The translations under genes and the position numbers were made by a program. Shown piece by piece: positions 37,199 through 48,814 of a DNA stretch of 64,000 nucleotides (the stretch's first letter is position 1; each line of letters starts with the position of its first letter). The stretch comes from Seison nebaliae (Eukaryota): positions 1 to 64,000 of the forward strand of contig JALJEE010000366.1 in the NCBI GenBank assembly GCA_023231475.1. The letters are read 5' to 3'. The notes under the pieces are model-generated. The model was not told where the DNA came from, did not search any database, and saw only the letters and a list, made by a program, of their open reading frames with translations.

Positions 37199-40100
37199 AT
37201 GTGGAATATTATCATTTTAATAATATTCTTAACTCATTTAACGGAGTCAAGTTCAATTCAACAATATTCATTCAACATTCTTTTTTAAATAAACTCCGAT
37301 TCTTTTTTAGAGAAATATGATTTGGATTGTAAATTTCCTTTCAAAATTAATAAGAAATCATTTAATCGATGTATTAATCTTAACAAAAGTTTTTTTTTAT
37401 TGATTTTTATAAATTACTATTTCTCCATTTAGCTCATACTTGGTGTAAGATTCATGGGAGAATAGGAGAAAGAGATTGGGACTATTGTGATGAAACGAGG
37501 AAGCATTCCTTAAGTTGGAATAAGAATAATTTAAACAGGAAACGAAGTGCTTCTAATAATAAGAAAGTTAATTTTCATTCAATTATAATAACTTTCTTCT
37601 TTTTCTTTACGACAAGTAGAAGAGAAATTGTAAAATGGAAAATATAGAAATTTTCAAAAAGGTAAAAAGGAAATATGATGTTCCGGTCGTTCCACCTGAT
37701 ACAAAAATTGAAATAAACTGTCCAGATATAGGATATAAGATTAAAGTATTTGATGGAAAGAAATATAAATTTTTGGAAACAATCAAAGCCACATGTCTCC
37801 CATCTGGAACATGGAAATATGATTCAGAATTAGTTGGTTGTTTTAAAGACAATGAGAAGAAGAAAAAGAAGAATAAAATTCGTCGAATAGACTTGCATAA
37901 GACGAAAATTCTAGTTAAAGAAAATATGGAAATAAATTATATAAAAAATTACAAAGGATGGATTGAAATTGCTAAGAAGAATGTCGACAGAGCATCAAAA
38001 GAAAAGTCGAAACGTTTTCTCGATGTATTTGCTCAATCTCTGGAATTACCTCTTCCAAAAACGGTAAACAGTAACTTGAGAAAGAGAAATGTTGGGAAGA
38101 CAGTTGTCAATTCACTTTGGAATCAACTTCCGAAAACTGATAAATCATTTTTGAATACCCAATTATCGATTGTACTTGATTCACCACACCAGAAACGAAG
38201 TTTTAATGATTTCTATTTGAAATCGATAAGTAATCCAAAAGTGTTTGGTATCGAAAGACTGAAAGAATTCTTCAGAAAGAAAGATAAGAAGAAAAAAGAA
38301 TTTAAAAATACAATTTTGGCAATCTTACTAGATGATGTCATTAACTTACAACCGATTAACTCGGAAAATAATTTTAATTCAAACAAATTACAAAATCAAA
38401 AGAAGAAATCTATTAATAGAAAGACAGAGAAGAAATTATTGGGAAATGAAGATAATTCTGAAAAATATGAATTTGTTGAACCGTCTAAAGAACGAGAGGA
38501 ATTTTTTTCAAGACGAAGATTATTTCGACAATTTCAAAAGAAGAAGAATCAGTTGAAAAATATGGAGAAAAGAGATTTGAATGAAATCGATTTATCTAAA
38601 TATGATATCGTCACACCAAAAGACAATGACACATTCTATCAATTTATCAATAATGAATTGAAAAATAAATCAAAACACTCAATAAGAATTATGGAAGGAG
38701 AATTGACGCATAAAAATTTCAATTCAGTTTCATTTGATAATGATGAAGAAAAAACGAGAGTGAAAAAATATATATTGAATCTTCCGATAAATTATCTGGA
38801 GAATTTGAAAATAAAGAAAGGAAAGTTAGAGGATTTCTCTTCGACGATCCAAGAATATTTATGTTCTATTAATAATGGAAAATTGCCGATATTATACGAA
38901 GCGGAAAACTTTGAGACGTATATTGTTGAACCGTTTGAGGAAACTTTATGTGCTAGAAATCATAAATCCCCAAAGACGATTATTTTAATGGAACCGATTA
39001 AAACTACAACTACAACAACCACAACCACCATATTTGCAACCACCATCACACATCTTTCAACCCTTAACGATAATCAGCGAGGAACCATAATAATTTCTCA
39101 CGATAATGGAGAAAAAATTTCGGAGAAAGATATGAAAAAGATGATGAAGGAGAATAAGAAGAAAATTAAAGAGAAATCAGAAGAAAATATAGAAAAAACT
39201 TCTGATAAATTAACTGATAAAATTGGGAAGGCTTTAGATAAACTTCACATTTTAGAATCAAAGGAAAATTTAACAAATGTGGCAGTGAAAACAGGCCTAA
39301 ACTTATTAAAGAATTTAGTTCGACGACGAAATGGTGTGACACAAGAACCAACTCAATTATTCTCATTAAGAAACAGACAAGAATTACCGATCAAGAAAAT
39401 GAAAGATTATAATTCATTAAGCAAAATTAAATCTGTAAAATTGGGAAATAAAAATATTCGATTTTACAAAAATCGGAAATTGGTGAAATTGGGGAGACCA
39501 TCTCCAAAAAACTTACAAAGGAAACCGAAGACGTTCATAACGAGAAGAATCACTCCTTCTAAAATACAATCACGATTACATAGAAAATCGAAGATGATAC
39601 GAAAAAATAATGAGAAAAAAATCAAATGGATCAGAGATAGTCGTCCAAATAATTTTAATCTGAATTTAGAAAATGACTTTCCAATAACTAAAAAGAAAGA
39701 ATTTGGAAGAATATTACAAACTATTTCTGATAGAAATCAAAACAGTTTAGTCACAAAAAAATTCCATTCAAAAAATATTGGAAAACTTTACAATGATTTC
39801 GATAGAATTACTACAATCTCTCAAAGTTATACTACAGGTAGTCCAGTAACTCGAAAAAAACGGAGTGAAAGAATAACCGATTCAATCAAAAAGGATAATT
39901 TCAATTATTCTGTTAATGATAATTTCAATAATAAAATTTTGAGTACGACCAGTTCAATGCAAATCACTACCTCCAATAATTTTGAGCAAGATAGTTTGGA
40001 ATTGATGAATGACAAATTATCAATATCAAAGAACAATGAAATAGGCGAACAGGAAAAGAATGAGAAGAAGCGAATAAGTGATGAAGAAATTACTTCGAAG

Positions 40101-41789
40101 GTTGTCAATTCGACATCGAAACAAAATAATTTCACAAAATCGAAATTGTTCTCTTGGGAAACTGGATATACGACAAGTGCGTTTATGGAATCGATTGCTA
40201 ACATTTCTATTAATAGAAGATTGTCGAATAATGACACAAAACTAGTTGAAAAAGAAATAAATATAACGAATATGGTGACGGGAGAAGCTGAAATAAATGA
40301 GGATTCTTTCACAATTTTTGAAACTGAATTAATTCCATTACCAGTAACGACCACGATAGATGTATATTCAAATGTTAAGTGGAGAACTAATTCAAAGCGA
40401 AATAATACAAAAAAAGTTCCAATACAAAGGAAGAAATTGCCAGAGAAAAAGTTAGAAATTCCAGATAAGAAAATTGAAACATTTAGTACAAAGAGCAAGA
40501 AAGATTTTAAAAAACTTCTTACATCCGATAAAAAAGTTTTTCAAAAGTTTACTACTCAAGTTATAACAGTAAAATCGAAAAAAAAGAATGAAATAGATGA
40601 GAAAAAGATAACTACCCATTTTATACCACATACAATTTTAGTGACAGAAGGTGAAAAAAGTGGAGTACTGAATGAAATGGACAAAATAGAAAAGAATAAA
40701 ATATTTACATTGGAACGTCCAATGGTGAAACATAAAACAACACAAAAAATGAAAAATTTGAACGAGAAGAAAAGACATGAAATGGATGAAAGTTTTTCGA
40801 ACAATCCAAACTCAAAAATTAATGTGGAGAAGAAAACATTTTCAGTGAAAATTAATGGAGTCAATTCAAAAATGAATAAGAAAAATGAATATTTGTTTAA
40901 TAGCAAATTAACATCAAATACAAAACCGTTAATAGAAACGAAAAATTATACTGAATCCAAATTTTCGGTAACCGAAATGATTCCGAAGAAATTGCCAAAA
41001 ATTGATTTACCTCTAAAATCTCAGAGAATATCAACTAAATTATATACATTGCCAATAACATCAGCTGTAACGGAATCTACTGTGAGTGAACAAATAACTG
41101 AAGGTAAGATAAATGGAAAGTTGAACGAACAGCGTCTCAAACAACATCTGAAACAACGAACAACAACTGAATTGATCGAATTGACTTCTATTTTGTTGGG
41201 TAATAAGAGAAATTTATCGAAGAATCAGAATAGTAATAACATTCGAAATAGTTTTAATAATGTTATTACTCCAAATTTTAATGTAACACAATTAATTCCA
41301 ATGCCATCTAATTATTCAGAAATTTATTTGGTTAATGAAAATTTAAAAGAAAGAAAAGTGATAAATAATATCGTTCCAAAACCAATTCAAATATCAATCA
41401 AGAATGCAACTATTGACAAATTTAACAATATGGATAATTCTGAAGTGAAGTCGAAGGAAAAACGACAATCGAAAGTTATTGATATGTCTCAACATCATAT
41501 GGGCAAATTATCATTTATTCCACCAGCTAACAAAAAGAAGAATAATAATGAGAATAATTATGGAAAATTGGGTTCGATCACAATAAAAAAGAAAATTCCA
41601 ATTACTTCAAATGAAAACGAAATCGAAATTGATAATGAGAAGGATCTTCTTGATTTAGACGATGAACCAGATAACGATTTTCTGATATTTTTAGCGAATA
41701 TGAAAAAAAGCGAAAATAAGAAAATTTCAAAGAATTCCGCAACGACCACATTCTTCTCCACTACCAGCAGTTGGCGAACGACGACATAA
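37199..41789 (+). CDS. Large secreted protein: signal peptide, FN2-like domain, CCP/sushi domain, then ~1300 aa K/N/T-rich low-complexity region
   Basis: MWNIIILIIFLTHLTES, DCKFPFKINKKSFNRC...TWC...DWDYC, C..VPPDTKIEINCPDIGY...ATCLPSGTW...C, and a final exon of about 4.2 kb. Confidence 0.65.
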
Positions 41790-41919
41790 AATAAAATTTG
41801 AAAACTTTTCAAATTGAACAATAATTATTTTCTTCTTATTATAAAATGACTCTTTCATGTTTTCTAGACAGTAGTAGCTTTGTTGTCAGTCAGTGAAGTA
41901 TTTTGAGTTTGAATTATAG

Positions 41920-42945
41920 TTAACATTTGTAAGAGAATTTGTTTGCCATGAAACTCATGACCGCCTCACGATTGGAAACTAGAATAAAACCAACAATAAG
42001 GAAAATCATTCCACTTGCAATCGAACAAGTAAATAAGATTATGATGAGATCGGTTGGTGAGAAGACAAGATGTATTTGGGTTAAATCCTCTATAAGTTTT
42101 GGAGAATTGAGAAAGAATTGAAATAAGATTAATATTATTCATTTTGGTGGAGGGAGAAATCACTTGAAACTTGAAAATACAATTCCTCTACAATTTATAC
42201 ATGGCGGTCCAGTTTGAACTACTTGTGTGCTTCTTTTGTGCTTTCTCGCTAGTTCTTCTAAACTACTCTTATGCATCAGAAGGAAATTCCATAAAGCTTT
42301 CATACGATCAGTGAACTTCCAATCTGACATAGTTGTTCCTCTTTCTTTTGCATATCTCGCTCTACTATCTGTATTTCCTTTCTCTTTCGTTTTCAATTTA
42401 GATGATGCTCTTTGATTATCTTTATTTTTTGATAACCTTGAATGGCTTTTCTTCCTCTGATGACTATGACCTTTCTTATGTGATGGACGTTTTGTAGTAC
42501 TTTCATCGACATCTTTCGCCGGCTGTTCCTCTATCGGTTTTTTAATTTCAGACGCTGGAGAACGATCTGTACCGTCGGTAGGAACATCGGAATAAATCTC
42601 AACTAAACCAGGATCCTCATCTCTTGGATCGTTTTTTGAATTTGGGTCAAATCGTTTATCTTGCAGACTCATATAGTTTGCTGAGTTTAGATTGAAATCG
42701 TTTCGTTTTAATCGGAACAATCGATCTTCATAATCAATATTCTCGTTATGTTGATACTTGTGAAGTTTTGGCGACAAATATGATTGATGAGGCATGAAAT
42801 TTTGGTCCATTCCCACTACGTTTTTGAAGAATGGTTTCATTCGATATACAGGTACGAGATCGGATTCTGCAGATAATTTCAAAAATTTCTTATAAGAGAA
42901 TCCATGTAAGATGTGTATGAGAAATAGACAAATGAACAAATGCAT
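41920..42945 (-). CDS. Orphan type I membrane protein with dibasic sites, 2 exons
   Basis: Signal peptide MHLFICLFLIHILHG. A phase-1 GTT...AG intron joins VFS to KDLTQIHLVFSPTDLIIILFTCSIASGMIFLIVGFILVS (TM) and the stop at 41920. Confidence 0.6.
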
Positions 42946-45619
42946 TAGGAGAAGGAATTCGCGCAAAAAATCGTTTGATTGGTTCAAATCAAAAGAAGGA
43001 TAACTTTCCCATTAGAAATATTTTCGAAAATGGATTCAATTTATCCATTCTATAGAGCAACATCTAAAGAAGATAAACACTCCTCTTTTAGTGTTTTTCC
43101 TCCCCTCTACCACCATCTCCTGATCATATCAGTCATCATTATTATTATTATTATTTTTGATTCAGTTAAAACTAGATCGGGAACCTCCATATTTCTCCAT
43201 AAAAATCACAAGTTAATTTTCGTCGTTAATAAATTCATGAAAAGTGAAGTAAAAGTGTTAAAATTACTTCCATTCAATATTATACATTTGTTTCTATAGA
43301 AATTTTATCAATGTGGTTTCGTCATCATTTCATCTTCATTTATGATGACTTAACTTTCGTTACTCTTTCATTTTCAACTATTTATTGTTGTTCTTCTTGA
43401 TCAAATCGTAACATTAACAATCATATAATTAATTAAATAAAATATTCAAAAAAATGAATAAAATGATAAAAGATCTATTTCTTTCAATATTTTGATTCGC
43501 TTTAATGTTTCTTCTCCAATTGAAATATGGTTCGAATTCGAATTGTTTTACAACTAATTGGGAAAAGAAACAATTGTAACTCCCAAAACAAAAATATTGT
43601 TTTTGGCGCGAGAGAAGCAACCAAGTGTCGACCACAATACGATTATGATGACGTTTAATCGCTTAACAGTTTTATGAGATTTCGTTCATTAAAATATCTA
43701 AGAAAATTGTGCAAACGAATAGAAAGTATAAATTAAATGAATTCAAGTATCTTCAACTGATTTCCCAACATTTCCAATATTCATTATCCAACATTTCTTT
43801 CTATTGATGATTAGAAGATGTGATGAGTCGGCGATGATTGTCTTTTCTCACCAAACGACAATTTCCGCCACTTGACTCGGAAACAAATGAGATATCTTCT
43901 TCCTATTTTCGAATTGGAGGCGATAGAATCTTTCGCAAATTAGACAAATTGAATATCAGAACCGAACTAGAAGAACCAATTCAGTTTAGCGTAATCATCT
44001 AACTAGAAAGATAGACTTTCCCTTTTGATGTAGCGCATCATTATATCAATTATTCGGCTATATTAATCGACACCATTCATTTAGATGAAAATTTCCTGCA
44101 TATTTTTAATCAGTTTATTTATGAAGATGAAAATTTATTTTTTGTCGATTCTCTTTCAGATCTTGTTTACTAATAAATGATGGTGTTGATAATTATTGTC
44201 ACGTTCTCCCATACACTACGTAAATAGGTAGAAAAAATTAAAATTTTTAACACTTAACTTCATTAAAGGAAATGCGCACCAGTTATCCTGTTGAAAAGTA
44301 TTCCGGCCGTCTTCTCATCTAATGCCGTCATCTGTTGACAAATCCTGTTTTGCCATTTCTTCATTTTTTCTTCTTCTTCATCTTCCTTCATCTTCTCTAT
44401 ATCTTTTATCAGAATATTGAAGTTAATTTAGATTTTATCTTAAAGATTTTTCATTCGCGATAGAACATACAAATTAACTTTCGCACAAATCCTTTTTCCT
44501 TCATCCTCCTTTAATGACCATTCTATCTATCTCATTTTTTGAAGAACGACTCCCACATGTCGAAGATTAAAAGTTTTCTTCGTTGATTTGAAAAATTGTT
44601 TAATAATCTAAAATCCCATTAGTTTGATGGATATTTTCGAAAGAACAATATAGAAACATTTCTAATTTTTTTGTTGAATAAAGTATTAATTTGTTTAATT
44701 TGTTTCCATTGATTCATGTTGGTGGAATAGAAGCGATCAAATCCTTCCGCTACTTTCTTCGCCTAATCTCACATCTAATCAGTTCCTATGAAGATGCGCT
44801 AATTGCTTTATGCAATTCTTTCATTTTTGATTGTTTTAACAAGGAAAGTGTGCACGAGAACATCTTCTCGCAGATCTGTAATTTATGAGATTAAGGAGGC
44901 GGTCTCAACCAATTTCTCCCATCTGTGTCCAAAACAAAAGAAAGGTAAATAGATGGAACATCTTCCATAAATGAGGATGAGATAGATCGGAACTATCTCG
45001 AGGTGTCATATTCACACTGAACTTTCCATTGAGATTTGTGTATAGTTTTTGTGAAGAATCGTAGTTTGGTTGGAAAACGATTTTTTCGTTGTCATATTAT
45101 TCATGTCAGTTTAAAGAGAAATATTCTCGCTCAAATATTGTTCATGTAACAGATGGAATTGATTCTATCATCAACATTCTTTTGATATTGACCGATATTG
45201 ATAGGTATCAATTGATTGCTTGGTGCCTCGCCTAAACGGTATGGCGTTCGTTCGTCAGCTCGAATGATTACAATTTACGAACCAATCAATAAACACGATC
45301 TGTATATATTAGATTCTTGCACATGTAGTTGATACATATCTCAACATTTATTCAACATTCTCATCTCATAAAAGAGCATTCGTTTGAAAAAGTGTCAAAT
45401 CTTATTTGAACTATTTGGATAAATTTCAATTCTTCCAAATATTTTCTTTTGATTGAGACGCATTCCTTAACAGGAAAACGCGAACAGTTCCCTTATGTTT
45501 ATGAACTCATTTTTTACGATAACTTTCATTTCATTTACTAAAGTCATTTAATAAGAAAAAATCATAAAATTTTCTTCTAATTTTTCTTATTTTTCCAATT
45601 CTCTGTTCACAGAAAAATT

Positions 45620-47632
45620 ATGCTGGCTTCTTTAAATTTCAATAGTTGTTCTGATATTAAACCATCAGACGCAACAAACGAATCAACTCTATCATTCCTT
45701 TACAACAACAACATTAATAGCAATGATAATAACAATAACAATCAGAATAATATCGATGGAAATGAACAGAAATTGTTATCCAATTTCCTTCAATCTCAAA
45801 CACAAAATGAACCAATTCCTCAACAACAACAACAACAACAACTGAAGCAACAACCACCCCAACAATTGTTAAGACAGTCGCAAACAAATAATTCGAATGA
45901 ACAAGATTTATTCTCATTAAATTTTAATAATTATTTCCAACAATTACAAACATCACAACTGAATCTCCCGATTAATGAAGTGAGAACACCAGCCACCGTA
46001 GAAAACGATAGTGGAAGTACATTACATGAAAATGAAAGTGGTTATTCGACGGAAGATTCATATACGAATAAATTCAAATTCTCCCCAAAAGATGAAGAAT
46101 TCGTCACAAGAAAACAATCGTCACCGGAAGACACGAAACCGAATATCAATCAAATTCCGAATACTTTCAATACTCAAGTTAATGAACTTGCATCATCACC
46201 CATCACATCTTCATCAACTTCGCCTGCATTTCAACCATTACCACAAATGGTCAATTCTAGTATTGGGAGCGATGCATCCAATATGGCTTCATACCAACAA
46301 TTAGTCGCTCAAATGTTAACTGCAGCATCGATCAATTCCACCAACACCTTTTCCAATTCTAATCATTTAATGGCACAAATTGCAGCCGCTGCCAATGGAA
46401 TGAACTCGTGGAATCCTTATATTCAACATTCATTCTATACTGCCCCTTTGAAATATGCAAATCCCGATACGAATATAGAGGTGACTTTGGAAAATAAAGA
46501 TTTATGGCAACGCTTCCATAACATTGGAACTGAAATGATAATTACGAAAACTGGTCGACGAATATTTCCCACATTTAAATCCAAATTGAAAGGTCTGAAT
46601 GATTCGTTGAAATATATATTATTAATGGATGTTATTCCGATGGATGATAATCGTTATAAATATCATAATTCTGAATGGGTCATTACCGGTAAAGCTGAAC
46701 CACAATTCCAACGACGTTTATATCCCCATCCCGACTCTCCAGCTACAGGCAAACATTGGATGAGTCAAACAATATCTTTCCAAAAACTCAAGTTTACAAA
46801 CAACGCATTAGACCAACAAGGACATGTTAGTCGTTTTATAATTTTCTTTTTTCTTCATATTTGTATTTTATAAAGATTATTTTAAATTCGATGCATAAAT
46901 ATCTCCCACGATTCCATGTTGTGCAAGCAGATGATTTGTCTAATTTGCAGAATGCTCAATTCAATACTTTTGCATTTGAAGAAACTCAATTCATTGCAGT
47001 GACAGCATATCAAAATGAGAAAATTACACAATTGAAAATTGATCACAATCCATTCGCTAAAGGTTTTCGAGATAATTCCATGCTAAAACGAAGTACGAAC
47101 AGGTTTCTTTAATTAATATTTCTCTGAAATCTTTCATATAAATATTTTCCCTTTTAGTGATCAACCGACCAAAACTTCATTTGATCGAACATCGTATGGA
47201 AATGAATTTTTGGAGCAATTTGGACAAAATCCTAATGCTAATGTGCAAAGCTATTATGCAAATCTATTAATGCAAAGAAGATTTCTGATGGCCATGCAAC
47301 AAATATCCTCAGATGCTACTCCAACACAAACACAAAATATTCCATCACAGTTCCTTAATTTCGGTGAACAAAACTTAAAGAATAATATGATGAACCCATT
47401 ATTACAACCTCAACAATTATTCGACCAACAATCTCAACAACCAAATTTCAACCTGCTACAACCACAAGTACAACAACAAACATTATCACAACAAACTCCA
47501 AATAATCAGAGTAATGACACTGGTGAATCAAATAATAATTCCTCGAACCGAAAGCGAAAGAGTTGTGATGAAGAAATTTTCGGCAATTCGGAAAAAATTA
47601 GAAAATTCTCGAATGAATATTTCGCACAATAA
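45620..47632 (+). CDS. T-box transcription factor (Tbx2/4/5/6-type, subfamily unresolved); introns 46826-46875, 47103-47157
   Basis: [75 protein letters not shown]. Confidence 0.95.
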
Positions 47633-47709
47633 AAATTCCATAAATAAATTATATTTCATTCCAATTTTTTATTAATTATTATTCTATTTGAAACAGTATT
47701 TAAATTATG

Positions 47710-47738
47710 AGTGTGTGACGTGTGTGTGTGTGTGAGTG
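47710..47738. repeat. Imperfect (GT)n microsatellite in the T-box 3' region
   Basis: GAGTGTGTGACGTGTGTGTGTGTGTGAGTG. Confidence 0.8.
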
Positions 47739-48193
47739 AATTGTGCTTACTTCAAATTTTATTAATTTTATCGCCAATTCAAATTTTACAACATTCATTG
47801 TGAATTTATTTATCACGATTAATTTAATGATTTCATAATTATTCAAATAATATATTTTCTTAACATTTATTCGATAACATAAGAAATATCTTACAAATAA
47901 TCTACAATATCTGTTAGAGTAATCTAAATTATTTCATCACCAGATAAATATCTATACGATATTTAAACATGATAAGCAAGAGTTAGAGAATAAATTAAGA
48001 TTTCGTGAATTTTTAGATTTTAATTTATATTTTTTATAAAGAATTAAAGAAATTAAAGAATTAGAATGAAAGTTTTAAATAGATTGTATCTGAATAGTTG
48101 AAACAAATCTAAACAATTTTGAACATTTTCATTTGATTTTTTTTCGAGTTTAGTTGATTTTAATTATTTTACCATTTTCCTTATCTTAACAAA

Positions 48194-48814
48194 ATGGGAA
48201 GAAGACCAGACGAAACTCCTTGGGATAGTGCTGCGAGGGTATGTCTTCTTTTGTCACTACTAGTGGTATTGGTTAGACTTAATATTGTCTATTCTTGTCT
48301 ATTTCATGGCGATTTAGACAATAAGTGTTATCGTTATAGTACTCACAAGTCAAACAATAAAAGGTATCAATGATGCTGGTAAACCTAGTGATGAAACTAG
48401 CGACATAAAGATGCGATCCGTTGTACTACTGATATTCTGCATATTTTCAACCATATTCTCTTTCGTGTGTCTAGTCGGAGTTCTGCTAAAGAGGTCAAAT
48501 TTACTTTTCATGGTTAGTTCTTCTGGAAAAGGATTTCACTATATACAAAATTTGAATAGTCCGAAAGTTTAATGTTCGCGATAACAATTTGTTCGGTGCT
48601 ATTGTATGCGTTAGTTCAAGAAATATGGATGTACAACTTCGATTGGATATGGCTAAATTATGCTCTCACTTACAGCCTTCATTCATCTTTTGCATTTCTA
48701 TCAGTAGTCTTTGGACTAGTCGTCTGCATTAGAAATGAAACGGCCGGGGATATGTGTTCAAGTTTCTATTGGAAATCGACAGATACGTCGAATCTGTTCC
48801 GCAGAGATTTCTAA
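48194..48814 (+). other. Possible four-TM (claudin/PMP22-like) gene or pseudogene
   Basis: Four hydrophobic segments are joined by GTT-AG introns, but TM1 and TM2 are out of frame near 48410. Confidence 0.35.
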
